From: Lophium mytilinum
Taxonomy: Eukaryota
Assembly (NCBI GenBank): GCA_010093605.1
Contig: MU004181.1
Location: forward strand, 3,720,001 to 3,784,000
Length of the DNA: 64,000 bases
Reading direction: 5' to 3'
Part shown: piece by piece, positions 12,036 to 24,999 of the stretch
How positions within the stretch are numbered: position 1 is the stretch's first letter
Layout of the letters: every line of letters starts with the position of its first letter
Made by a program: the position numbers and the translations under genes
Notes under the pieces: model-generated
The model's database searches: none
Seen by the model: only the letters and a program-made list of their open reading frames with translations
What the model was told of the DNA's origin: nothing

Positions 12036-13101
12036 GATCAGGACTCCAGCAACAGGACGAGGCGAACAGAGGATCCAGCAAGGCTTTGGGCGAACTCACG
12101 TACTTTTTAAGCTGACGCCCCCCAAGACGACCCACATTGCACCTTGGTCTTCGTGCACTTGGTACCCTGGTATTGCTATGACGATGGCAATGAGCGGGTG
12201 AGCAGGGATGCCTTGGCGGCACGGACGCAGGAACAGAAAATCGGGCCGAGTCTATTTCCCCACCCTGCATGCTATCCCGCCGCATTGTTGAATTTGGAAA
12301 CTCTGTCAATGGCTCGAAGGGTGCCTGACCCTGTTCTCCGACGTCGAGCGCCATATTGATCTAGCTTCGATTTGGAGTGGTTTGGACATTCTAACGGAAC
12401 ACAGCCTCTAAATTAGACTAAAGCCAAGCGTATGCCTTTTTAGGTAACTTGGATGAAGGACCTCCACTGAAGGGAAATCCTGTTTAGTTACAAAAAGTTA
12501 CATAATGAATCACATGACTCTTAAGTTCATAGACGCGGAGTGCACGGTTTGGATGTTATACGTATTTGCAAAGTGCTAAGACTGCGATCGCATCAGTTAC
12601 ATATGAGACCAGTTACACATGATATGACAGTCCGTCACGAGACTGTTCTGGTAATGATAGTAAGATCTTTATGATGTTCTCATTCGAATAACGTCCAGCC
12701 GCCCTCCCTTCCAGAGCTTCTCAACTATCCAGGAGAAGCCAATGCGCAATCCCTTGATCCATCTCCAGCACAGGCAACCACCAGCCGTGCATGCAGTGTA
12801 AGAAGTTTCAGAACTACAAAGATACACCCATCAAAAGTCTGTAGAAAAAAAAACAGAACAAAAAAAGCCTTTCGTGACGCCTCCTAAACAAGACGGTGGA
12901 CAACCATTAAAGGGAAACTATGTGTGCGAGGCCGACGCCGCTGGGCATCGGCCAATGCGGGAAAGCATTTGTACGCCGTTTGATATTTCCGCCCCAATCC
13001 CAATGCCATGTCGAGGATCGAATAATATTTCAACTACTCTACCGACTCCTTCGGTCTCCCCGATCATCGTACATATCGATGATCTTCTCCTGCTCCTGGC
13101 G

Positions 13102-15540
13102 TCAATGATCATAACCTGCCCCTCGCTGCCACGGGCTCGAATTATTCTGCGTCCGGAATGCGCCCGGTTGGCTAGGAGCCTCACTCCGGATACTGCCTCC
13201 CTGAGGATATTGCTGGTACGAGTTTCCACTGGTGCTGTGGGAGCTCTGTACTCGTGCAACTGGGCTGGCGGTGTTTGTTCGGTTGTAGTACGTTGGCGGT
13301 GGTGCGCCAGGGGCTGCTGCTGGTGGGCTTCCGCCTTGACTTGGGAACAACGGCATCGATGGATTGATCGGGCTACGAGGTGGCTCGGTTCCAAAGGTGC
13401 CCTCTTTAGTTGCGAGATGAGTGCGGTCGATTGAATCAGAACTGAGAGAATCGACATCATCATCAATGCCAGTCCTGGACCTGTGTTGACCCTTGCCCTC
13501 GCCGCGAGCTGTAGCCCCGAGGGCATCCAATTCAGTGGTAAGTTGGGTTTGTGACTTGATGAACGAGCCACGGTCATCACGCATTGGGTGGTAGCGGGTA
13601 TCCGGGTTCTTGGTGAAGAGCGCAAATCCGGAGGATATGAGAACCATAAGGAGAAGGACGAGAGCGAATGCAGCGTTGTAGATGAAGAAGATGACGCCCA
13701 TGATGCCGGTTGCGAGACCCTGCGCATGTTAGATTTGAAACAAACTGTTTTGACCGGTGTTTACTTACGGGTTGGTTGAAGACATTGCTGAAGACAAGGA
13801 TAAAGATGGAACTGAGGAAGTTCACCGCCGCAATCGCAATGTTGAAACCGTTCGTCTTCTTGTCCATGTACGGTCGGAGGACACTGATGCCGACAAGGAA
13901 CGAGGCCTCGATCAAGACAAGCGCAATAGCCTGAGTGACGCCACTGCCCTGCGCAAGACCGATGAACATTCCCTTGATCAGGATGTAGATCAGGAATGGC
14001 ACGATAAAGTAATAGGCCGTGGCCTTAAACTGGACATAGAGGAAGCCCCACTTGTTGAGAGCGATAGGATCCGAGTAGAGGATGTAGGCGGGGTTCTTAT
14101 GCATCATGATTGAGCGCTGGGCAATGCGAATGACCTTGGAGGATGCCCATCCGAGGATGCCGAGCATAACGACGACGGTGAAGATGGCTAGCACAACTTC
14201 AGCTGCCGAGTCCCTGACCGTAAGCTCCCAGAAGCAAATGACAATCATCTGAGGGAAACCGATGAGGATCTGTTGATTTGTTAGCACAGAGCGCGGGTGT
14301 CACGAAAACTGTAATCTTACAATGCGAAACATGATTCCCTTGAGGACGGTCTTCCAGCCATTTCGGAAATCAGTGAACTTGTCAGACTTCATCTTTCCAG
14401 CCTTGACCAGACCTTCGCAGATGAACTTGAAAAGAACGACACAGACGATGACCAGTAGAACAAAAATAATGAAAAATGCGTAGGCCGTGAAGAAGATATT
14501 GGTAATCTCGATGTTGGCGCGGAATCCGACACGCTTGATACCTCGAAGAACAACGCGGTTCTGATTCTCGGCGTTTGTGGCCTGGCTGTTGCTCCTTGAA
14601 TAGACGCGTCCAAGAGCCCGAGTGGCCAGCTGGCCGAAGTTGATGCTGCGTTTCTGCACTTCGACGGACGTCGTCGAGAGACTAGAAAGGTAGGTCGTGG
14701 GAGTGCCTCCGGTAGAGCGCTGGTACCAGGTGGCCATCTTCTGTAGGAAACCAACGCGGATTATACCCATGCTCCACTGGAAGTTCTGAGTCCACGAGGC
14801 GACAATCGGCGGTTGTGAAACGGCGGTAATACCGAACATAGCTTGAGACTGGAAGAAGCCAAATAGGGAAAGCGCATTGGCGGCGACATGGGCGGCGGTG
14901 TTGGAGTGTCCGAGTCCAGAGGTGATAGCGGATGCTACCAGTCCAATACCAGCTATAACAGCAGTGACCCATCCGACGGCTTTGTGGTCCACCGTTTGTC
15001 CGTTGGAGAGCTCGGCTTCCACACAGGCAAGCGGCTCGTTGGTATCGGTGCTGTTGATATAGACCTTGATCTTGGCGTCCAAGTCGGGAATCGTGTATGC
15101 GATATCTAGTCGAATTAGAAATGGCAATTGGCAGTGGAATGGACAGACTCACTAGGAATATCCTTGATAACGCTCTTGCTGATATCCGGATAGTTGGAGT
15201 CGATCGTAATCGAGCCAGTGTTCATCGGGCAGAGACCCTTCAAGGCGTCCTGGGTGCAAGGGTCGATCTTTTCCGTGATGGCCTTGTAGCCGTAGATAAA
15301 GACCTCTGCGACGATGGAGACATTCCCGGCGATGGCAGAAACACCGACAATGTTGAAAGTGAGGGTCCTGTTGTCCGGCGTGAAGGCGACATTGAAGAGA
15401 GTGGCGGAGAAGCTCGAGTTGGCCTGGCAGGGGTTGAGTGAATTCGACTTTATTATCCGCTCGGCGGAAGAGAGCGGGAGGAGGGCGAGGAGGGCGGAGA
15501 TGAGGAAGGAAAAGGGCGATCTGGATAGCGAGTGCAGCAT
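13102..15540 (-). CDS. TRP-like ion channel / flavin carrier (Flc/Pkd2 family), multi-exon
   Basis: Signal peptide, ML-like domain (GLCPM, YTIPDLDA, LACVEAELSNGQTV), WTQNFQWSMGII and KWGFLYVQF..YYF across ORFs 15115-15540, 14300-15127, 13577-14287 and 13102-13701. Confidence 0.95.
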
Positions 15541-18065
15541 GGTGCCGGGTGGAGGGGGCAGTCGAGATGCGGTGGTGACAAAGGTGACGAAGGCAAGGCC
15601 TTCAGGGAGTCGCAGTACCCGTCAGAGTACGATTACGTAGGACAGGCCAAACCAGCAGCGGTGTCGAGGAAGTTCAGCGATAGTAGGCAATCCGAGGATG
15701 CGGAGTAAATGTAGGGATCGGTAGGTGCAGGTAACGAGTGGTGGGTGGGTGGAGGTTGGTGTTGTTGCCGCGACGACGTCGACGAGGCCAGTAAAAACCG
15801 GGAAGCCAGGGAAGCCGGCGGGTGGTGTGGCAGGCTAGCGTTCGAGAACGATCGTGGTGCGATCCACGGGACTATCCAGTTCCCGAATGAATGCGCAGAA
15901 TTAAAGACTCGAGAGGCAACCGGGCGACGCTGAGGATGAATGAGTCTCTGGGGGAACGAGCGAGTGTTGGGGGATTGACCTTCGGCGCGGTGTTCCTGAG
16001 GGGAGAAGCGTCGCAGCGTGAAGGAGGAGAAAGGGGCCGCGACAAGACAAGTCACGGGCTGCTAATTCAGTACACGCGGCTAGCTGCTGGGCACCGAGCG
16101 TGGCGATCAAGCTGAGCGCCGGCAGAAAGACGTGCTGACAGCTGCGGGCAGTGCAAAATATGGGGGTTGAGCTCACGTCGCAGAGGCGCCTGCCCTTTGC
16201 GCTGCAGTTGTAGTATTCCTTGCAGTCTTTGTTCACGATGGGTGAAGGGCTCGCAAAACTCAAAGCTCCAGGAACCGTCGAAGCAGCTCCACAGCTCGTG
16301 GCCGCATGCAGGCCCAGCGGCAGCCAGGCCCGTTCGACAAAGACAGCGTCATGCTGCTCCGCCACACTCGCCAGGCACACGATCGCGCTGCATTCGGCCC
16401 CAGCTGCACACGAGCCTATCGTTGCATCCGCCCAAGGCACCTAATATCCCAACACGAACCACATCGCGACGCCGGAACACCACCCACCCAGCACCCACTT
16501 CACAGATACTGACCATGTGCCAAAGACCTCAAGCAGTGCTAAGCACTGTACACCAGCATAAAGCAGCCTCCTAGCCTATGACAATACGCGCGGCGACGAT
16601 GATGGTGTTTGGACTGGGCATCCGCGGCGAACCAAAGCTTCGCGAAGGGGGCCTCTCCGACAGGCCTCAAACGCGGTGGGTCGCAGAGGATTGCGGGAGA
16701 TGGACGGGCCGAGCGTGTACACGTCTCAGGATATGTGGATTAACCTTCATCATTGAGGAAGCCGAGGAAGGGAGCGGCAGTCGCAGGATGCACGACGCGC
16801 AGACTCTGGTGGGCCAACTGTAATTTGCATTCTCCGATCGCGATTACTCGCGATTACCTCATCGTCAACCTTGGACTACCTAGCTACTTCGTACCGTGGC
16901 GCCTCCGCCTTTTCGGGCCTTGGCGCCCGAGTTTGCCGACGTCCAGCCCGTTTGAACTGGCCTGAAGAGCTATCAGCCTTGTCAAACCCAACGTTTCACA
17001 ATTTTTGATACCCTGCCAGAGGACCTCAAGCGGTGCCAGGCAAGCATACAGAACAGCAAGAGCATCTACTCGAGAAAAGGTGTCATCGACTCAGCTAACA
17101 CTTTGTCCGAGGACGCCTATCATCCAACACTGTAACGTGTGCTTCAGCCTCCCATCACATTCACCAACCATGTCAGCGGTGAAGAGGCCCTTAGCGTCTG
17201 ATGCTGCCTACGCCGCGACGAGGAAGACATCAAAGGGTGCAGTCCCCCGGCCCGCCAATGCCTTGTAAGGCTCTTTACATGATGGCTGCTTATCATTTCG
17301 GACCCTCACTAAACCTTGTAGATCGGTGAGGTGCAGGTCTTTAACGCAGAGGATAATGGTTTTCAAGATTGTTCAGAAACCAGTGCAGACCATTTCTATA
17401 TAGAAACCGCGTGGATACGACCAAAACATGTATAGCTGCGAAGAAACGGTCCTTATCGGTGCCTCGGCCGCCCCTAATGACCAACACATTCATACTCTCA
17501 TTCCCCTCGCTACGAAGGCATTTAGACAAATATTGAGACTGGGACGAAGGAAATGCACCATTCCGCCTGAACTCAGACCTGCTTACCCCAAATGCGCCTA
17601 AATCGCGTTTGAGTTACCGTCGATAGCAAGGCTCGTCGCAGACTTGCAAAAATCTTCATACTATTTCTGCCGTTGCTTTGCTAGCATCAGTATCCTTACG
17701 CAGGTACTAGCGGTCCGCGTTGTGTCTTCCCCGCGGCCTCCTCCGCGCTTCGCCTAGATTATGGTGTAGGGCTGCAGTCGGTACCCAGTAGGATACCTGG
17801 AGAGCCTCCTCAGCCTTTCCTTAGAACTGCGAGCCATAGGCTTCACGCCCTGGTTATGAGCTGCCGCTTTTAGCATTGGCGGCGTATACCGTGCACTAGA
17901 GGCCGCAGCCTAAGTCTTAGTCCAGGTCGAATTGTGTCCTAGGTTAGGGCTACTTGGTAGCCTTCTCATCAGCAGAGCCAGACGGCCGTGCATGTCTTCA
18001 TTGGGTGGGTGTGGCCAAACAGGATGGGCCGTATTTGGTATTTGTATGTTGTTACCGCTGGCAAC

Positions 18066-20208
18066 TCATGCAAGCTTCGATGAATAGGGGGTTTCTCTGA
18101 AGAAGTTTCCGGTCACATGTCTCGCAACAGAAAGAATGAGCTTGAGCTCTTTCGCAACCTCGTCCGCTTTCGGACGGCTGTCAGGGTTGATTGTGAGGCA
18201 CCTCTCCACGATTTTAAGCAGACTGAGTATGGGGCCTTTAGCTGCTTGGTGTGTGCAATGCTGCTTCAGTTGTTCGATACGTGCTAACACTTTGGGTCGA
18301 AGCTGTGCTTTGCCATTTTCGCCGTAGTGATAGTACCCCTGGGTGGTAACCTGCGGGCGGTGGAAATCGATTGGTCCAGATCTGTCGTCTGTCAGCTATG
18401 GCGATTTCTCATGCAATTTGGGGGTCACAAACCTGGTGTCTGCAAATTTGCTTAGACCTTGGGGGCCGTCTTTCAGCCAGACTATGAATTCGAGGACAAT
18501 GCACCCAAAAGACCATATATCATAAGCGCGTGCTTGTTTCCGTTGAAGACTCTTAGCGCCTGCTTCTGGCGCTGCGTAGACTTCGCTTCCCCGGATAGTC
18601 TCCGTGGCACTGCCTTGGAGTTGGGTGCGAAATTTGCCTAGACCAAAGTCCGACATTACAATCCGGCCAAAATCTATTTCAAACCCCTTCAGCGGCTCGT
18701 CCAAAGTTTCATCGATTTGCACAAAGAGTAGCAGGTTTTCCGGCTTGAGGTCGTGGTGGTATCCAAACCAGACTGGCTTGCCCAGCAAGTCGTTGGGTTG
18801 GAGCTTGTTGCTGCTAGTGTTCTGGTGTACGTGGTTCAAACCTTCGGCAAGCCCTTGAAGCTGTTCGAGCGTCCAGATAACGTGACTGCTTTGATTCTTC
18901 TCTCGAGGGTCCACCAGTTGAAAGTGCTTCTGGAGGTCCGATCGCGCGAAAGGGAAAATGAGGTAGTATTTGTCGCCGTGCTGGAAAGACGTCAACAGAC
19001 GAATGAGGTGTTTTTGATGGCCGAATTCTTCCAGTTGGGTCAACATCGTCCATTCTTTCTCGTAGTCTTCCTTACTTCCTTCCCGTTTAGCCTCTTTCAT
19101 GGCTAAGTAAGGGTTCGGGTCCTGTAAAGTGATTGTTAGCAAATGGATTTTGAGATGATTTGATAGTTGACGAGGGCAAGGTATGTTATATGCATCAAAG
19201 TTTGCTTACATTGGCTAGCTTGTATACCTTCTGATGAGATGCCTTTACCTTCACCATATAGACCTTTCCGAATCCTCCAGTTCCCACTAGCTTTATATCG
19301 TCTAGTGGTAGGACATATTTTGAGCTATACGCCGGATGTCGGTTCCCATGTCCGCCTTGGGGTGGAGGAGGAAATTCCATAGCTAGTGTTTGCCACTGAA
19401 ACATACAAATTCGTTGGTGTTGTTCGTCGGTACAGAACCAAGGACGATCTTTAGCGCTGTCGGAGATTGGCATCATGTTATCATACATCCTATGCTTCAG
19501 GAATTGATTGAAGAGATGCCCGAGGTGGCCGTCGAATCCGGCGAGAATCAGCGTTGCCAAAAGTCGAGGTGCTTTGCGACAAATGACAGAAATTTCTGAT
19601 CTCGTTTTCGATCTCAGTTCTACCAATTCTTGGAAGAGAGAGGTTACGGCGGTCTCGGAGACTATCTCAAGAAGCCTATCGATGGGAACGAACCAAACAT
19701 CATTCTCGTTGTCCAAGTTCTTGTTCTGTATTCGTTCTCTGTGGATAGCATCGAATAGTTGCTGGCGGCTAGTGGTGGTGATTTGTCCCTCATTGCGTAG
19801 AAAACTTGTCTTGTACGTGATTTTGTCATAATCATCGCTGCAAGAGTCTTCCACTGTCTGTTCAAAATGTGGACGCGATGCGATCGGGATTTCTTCACAG
19901 TCCCCGGCCACTTCCAGAATGATAAAGTGGCCTTTGCATTCGCCTTCAATACCATGTTTCTTGAGCACTTTGCCTATGAATTCCTGAACTTCGCAGTACA
20001 GTTCCGAGGCACGTAGGTCTAGCTTGTGATGCTCGAATAGGACTTCATGCTCCGTCGACCTGGGCTTGACCTCGACGCAGATGTGGAGCACAGTTGGTTT
20101 GGATTTTTGGAGACGTCCAGCTAGGAAGTGTCCATTTGAGTGCGTATGATCGTCAAAATTGCTGAAGCGAATCTCAGGGCCTCCCATTGTCTGGGTGTCG
20201 AGCTGCAT
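18066..20208 (-). CDS. Ser/Thr protein kinase with long N-terminal extension, three exons
   Basis: GTGGFGKVYMV, AMK, HHDLKPENLL, SDFGL, YAAPE, DIWSFGCI and CLTINPDSRP; GT-AG introns near 19123-19208 and 18383-18433 join the ORFs in frame. Confidence 0.9.
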
Positions 20209-21116
20209 AGTAACGTCGAGAGTAGCTTCCCTGGGCCTTCGTGGTACAAGTTAACAATCTGGCAATGCTTCTGTAGTCGTGATAGGCTTCGCTGATCCAC
20301 ACAGGCTTCTGTGAAATGTCTATTAGCAGTGCTCGTAAGCCTGTCAAAAGAACATACTGGAAAGCCAAGATCCTCTTCCCAATGACGACCTTGTGTACTA
20401 AATAATGCAGAGCCTAGCTAGGCCGCATTAGCAATTCGATGTATTGGGGTGAAGGTTTGAGGATAGATCCGAGCGGCCGACTATTCATGGAATGACTTGG
20501 CGACGAGAAAAGCTTAGAGGAGCGCTAAGTGTGTCGCACCGATAAGGCCTCGCTATATAAACCTAGCCTGGTGTTGGGCCACGCTGGAGGCTGAGTTTGC
20601 CAGAGCCTCTGCAACGCGAATTGTTCATCACTCCAATGAATGCGCCTCATGGAGCCCAACGTGGATTCCGATGATAGGGCACGCAGAGGCGACCGGTGAA
20701 AGGCAGCTTCCAACAATTCGCTGCTCAGGTCCTTCATGCAAGCCAAAATAAGGCTGCGAGGCTGCGCATCGTTCGCCTTTTTCTGCCTTGTCACGTCCGA
20801 CCAATCAGAAAACATGGCGCCTGCAAAGTTGAGTCACATAATCGAAGAAAGGGTGTCCGATTGATCAGTTGTAGAGATGGGCTTTTTGACATCCTAGCGC
20901 ACCAGGATGTGAATATATCAATCTTGGAAGGTTGAGTAGGGGTGCGTACCTGCTCTGAAATAGTTGACTGGATCGAAATTAGACTACCTCTTTCGCATAG
21001 TAAGGTACGTCTCAAACATTTCAGGGAGTAGTCACTTGCCGAGTGAGTGCATGTACTAATAGTTATGAAATGTCAAGTGGAATGTGCTGATGTTGGCGTG
21101 TGTCTGTGTCTGATGA

Positions 21117-23303
21117 TTAGAGTGGTGGTCGTCGAAGGTAGGGAGTGCCCGTAAAGTGCATTTCGGATAGCCCCGGGGATGTGGGAGATCGCGAGTCCGG
21201 CATTTCGTCAGAAGGGAAGTCGAAACTGATAGGTTGATGCATTTCAGCGTGCTCGGGATCGTGATTTGGAGTTTTGGTCTCGCGAAGCTTCAGGAAACGA
21301 GCTCTTTCGAGCCGATGGATGGCCATGTTCTTGAATCTGGTAGAGGATGTCATGTACCACACAAGGAGCGTGACAAGCGTCAACGGGATAGTTATCGCAA
21401 AATAGATCCACCATTTCTTTGAGATAGTGAGACCTTGCGGGTCGATGGAGACAAATTGCGTCGAGAAAAATCCTGCTACTACAGTCGCCGGGAGGAAGAA
21501 GACCGTAATGATTGTAATTATCTTGATAGCCTGCAATTGCAAATTAGCGAGCTTCTTTGTGAACACTGCTTACAAGTAGCATACACCAGAGTCCTTTGTC
21601 GCTTTTTCAGTCAAATGTCGCATTGCCAGATTATCTTGTCGAGCCTCTTCCGCTAGGAGGCGAAGAGAATACGCGTTTTCATAGTCCAGGAGACCAGATA
21701 GCAAATAAGAGGCACCATGCACACGTTTGTCCAGAACTCCCGCCTTTGACAAATAGAGTTTCGACTCATCAAGAGCTTCGCTGTAACTGTTGATAAGAAA
21801 AGCTGACTCTTCTTCGTCGCTTTGTCTCGAGACACTGGAAAGGTGCTTCGTGAGGGATGATATAGTACTTATAGTTGATTCAAGCATGACGTGTAGGTTC
21901 AAAATATGATCCTCCAAAGTTTTCAGTCTTTGCCTATCGCGGAAGTCGATTTTGAAATCAGGTAAACCATCAACCTTATCCTTGGCGACGTCTGCAAGTG
22001 TAATTCTATCAGACTGATCTTGTACCCGTTGGGTCATGTCGTTGAGATACCATCGCCACTCGACTAGGGAAGCTTCGATCATCGTAAGATGGAGTGCAAA
22101 CGCTTGGGTCGGGTCAGATGCTTCTTGTCTGCGAGTGTATGCTATTATATGGCGCTCTAGGCTGGAACTTTTGGGTATGCCTATGAATATCCATATGTTT
22201 TGACGTCGTGATGGATCATATCTTTGATACACAGCGTATTGGCGGACCGACCATCTCTCTTTGCCATTGACGTTACCATTATCAGCAACGTAGCGTAGTC
22301 CATATGCGCATTCATATTGCTTAGTTCTCATGGCTTTGCCTCCTTTGGAGTAACGAAATCGACAGGTTGGAGGTGCGAAGTCGTACTCTTTGTTCTTTTG
22401 CCCGAAAGACATGACAAATTCTTTGAAGCGAGGGTTAATCGAGAATTTATGTAGCAAGCCGTCGAACAGCGTTTGGGAAGGCGAGAGACGACTGTTGGAA
22501 TTTCTTGTGAATCGAATAAAACTGAGTATGTTAGGCATAAGTCGAGTTAGGACATCGCAAATCCTACTGACAATATCGGCTGCGCATGGTCCTGATAGCA
22601 ATCTAGATCATCAACGTTCTGGATCCTCTGTATCTCATCTCTGAGGTATGACGGCCTGTCGTTTTTTTCATTCCCAGGAATGACCCAGGAGTCGTCCAAG
22701 GCGGCTACACAAACGTAAGCAAGGGACGTGTCGGTATTAGAGGTGGTGGATTGTTTCCCTGAACGAAATAAAGGATATAGGAATAGAGCAGCTTTGGAGA
22801 TACATATGAACGAAAGACCAAAATTAGAACGTATAGTCGTAAGGCAGAATTCGATGGATGAATGAATCCTGACTATTGCTTTGAATGGGCACCAACGGCC
22901 AAGACTGCTACAACCGAATCAAATTGCGATAGCACCTGCATACTTCTATAGTTCTAAGGGGAGCTATAGAGGGCGAGGTGTGCGGATTTGGGAGATTGAG
23001 GCAGGTGTAACCAAATCAGTCCGGGAAACGGTGATACTAGTCATTTCTCGAACAGTATAGAACATAGTACACGAAAGGAGTTACTTACGACGAGAGTACA
23101 CGTCAATCCAAGTTTTCAGGCTATCCAGTTGGAAGATCTTCTTAGAGCGCTCCTCGAAGCTCTCCAAGGCTGGAGATTCCGAGTCGTTATGAAGATACCC
23201 TGATGCCATTTCTATCGGCTTGTAGGATGTTGACTGTCGAACACCTGGGACCGTCTCGGTTTTCATCTCGGCAAGGCACACTGGTCATCTCACCGGTGCT
23301 CAT
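21117..23303 (-). CDS. Fungal CorA-like membrane protein with two C-terminal TM helices, about five exons
   Basis: WSVRQYAVYQRYD motif, coiled-coil stalk, then KDSG|AIKIITIITVFFLPATVVAGFFST...WWIYFAITIPLTLVTL; upstream exons splice in frame from ATG 23303 (start uncertain). Confidence 0.85.
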
Positions 23304-24197
23304 GGCGGAAGGAGAAGTGATTGTAAGAAGGAGGGTTGTCCGGGCAATGTGTTGGCCGCTGCAGATGGGGCGCACTGGGCCTCTCGGCATGGAAATGTGC
23401 ATGAGGCTTGAGGCTGAGCCGAACCGAGATTTTAATTGGCACGAAGCAGACAAATCGCAAACGCCAATACCTCCGTCAAGGCGAAACAGTGGCAATGCAT
23501 CACAGACGAGGCACTGGTCAGGGCCTGTTGCGTTGATGTCGTTGAAATAAAGCTGAAGCGAAGGGGTTAGAGGACAACGGTGCCGCCGCCGCCTTCACGG
23601 ATACTAATGGACCCATCTGTCCCTGGGATAATGCCAAGATCTCTCGTACACAGTACTTGTATGCAGTCAGTAAGCCTTATGTTTCCTAGGACTCGGCTTA
23701 TGCGTTGACCCAAGGCTTTCACAGGCCGCAGGTCAAAAGGCTAATAGAAGGGCCACATGGCATGCTACTAGAGCCTTTTCTCCCTTCTCCATGCTACCTA
23801 ATCATCCGATACACTGCCTATCGGCATCCTGACAGCCTCACAGCCCAAACACTAGAGACCCCGTACTGTCGACATTTGCTCTCATAGGAGGCACTCCGCC
23901 ACGCACCGACCCGCCTTTCGTGCGCTGGGTAGCCTGCCGTGTGCGCATTTGCCTGCATTAGCCGGAATTGCTCTTGTGGTACCAGAAAAGGATTTTCCCG
24001 GAGTACACCGCTAATCCTCGCAGGAATTTACCTCTGGAAAAGCCCACGCTTCGTTCTCCGAAGAAATTGCACTCATCGCTACCCGAAATCTCCTCAACTC
24101 ACCATCCTATACCCAAGGGCTCCTAGATTAGTATCACCTTTGCGAGGAAAACCATCTTCAACAGTTCTGACCTCTCAAGCCCATTTTCTATTTCATC

Positions 24198-24517
24198 ATG
24201 ACACATTACCGGTCACCATCCACAAAGCTCGAATGGTCTGTTCAGGTGCTGAATGATGCATACATTGATAGCAAAAGACTGTGGGAAATGATGGACGAAC
24301 TGTTCCCCCGTGGAGATTACAAGGCTCGGGTGAGCAACAAGTCTGAGAGTTCATGGTCGTATTCTGATTCATCATTCAGCATAAAGACAACCGCTGGATG
24401 ATCCAAGCCCCAAGAAAGCTCACAGACGCAAGTGCACTCTCTGAGCAGCTTATCGGTCGTCTAACTCTTCTTAAGGACGAGATCGAATCCATCTACCAAG
24501 AGTCCTCCTCGGTTTAA
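24198..24517 (+). CDS. 73-aa microprotein, three exons (24198-24329, 24380-24427, 24476-24517)
   Basis: Intron 1 is GTGAGC..CTGAT..CAG (50 nt) and intron 2 is GCAAGT..CTAAC..TAAG (48 nt). Spliced product: MTHYRSPSTKLEWSVQVLNDAYIDSKRLWEMMDELFPRGDYKARHKDNRWMIQAPRKLTDDEIESIYQESSSV*. Confidence 0.8.
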
Positions 24518-24999
24518 TGCCCAGATTGTATCCCACGTCTCCCGAGGCGTGCGTGAGCCTAAGCATCTATCGTCGAACTCCGAATGCAACAAAGATCAGC
24601 CTACATAGTACCACAAGAGGGCATCCGAAGCTTATGCTGTCAGCTCGCAAACCACACCAAAGTCCGAGGGTACGAGTGTTAGTAGTGTAAAGCGCACGTC
24701 AGCATCCACACACAAAGTTCAGGAAGCATCCAAGTTTAATAGTCTATCACATATACTCGGTGATGCATAGAGAGGTGTCAGATTTAGTCATTGCTTGTTA
24801 CAAATTTTCGATGCATCAATAACTGCCTCAAATTAGTTCCGTCGCACGTGTGCATACCCGCTATGTAATAGAACGTCCCGCAGTCATTTACCAGAGCAGC
24901 CCTCTTCTAATTTCCGCTTGCCTTTTCTTTTTACGGGGGCGAATTCGTACATCGTACCCCTTCGCTCGACAGTGGCGACGGACAGCAGAATGCGCAGTC

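Noticed and set aside
12480..12625. Repeated AGTTACA motif upstream of the phosphatase
   Set aside because: Short, irregularly spaced and lying in the neighbouring gene's terminator region; cannot be distinguished from chance
15633..16965. Many overlapping 60-180 aa ORFs
   Set aside because: GC-rich 5' UTR and promoter of the Flc gene; no coding signature
17170..17480. VPRPANA followed by an intron, resembling an HMG-box start
   Set aside because: The downstream exon has no HMG residues and the frame closes; at most a relic
20525..21015. Short ORFs between the kinase and CorA-like genes as a fourth module gene
   Set aside because: No motif or splice support; more likely UTR or promoter
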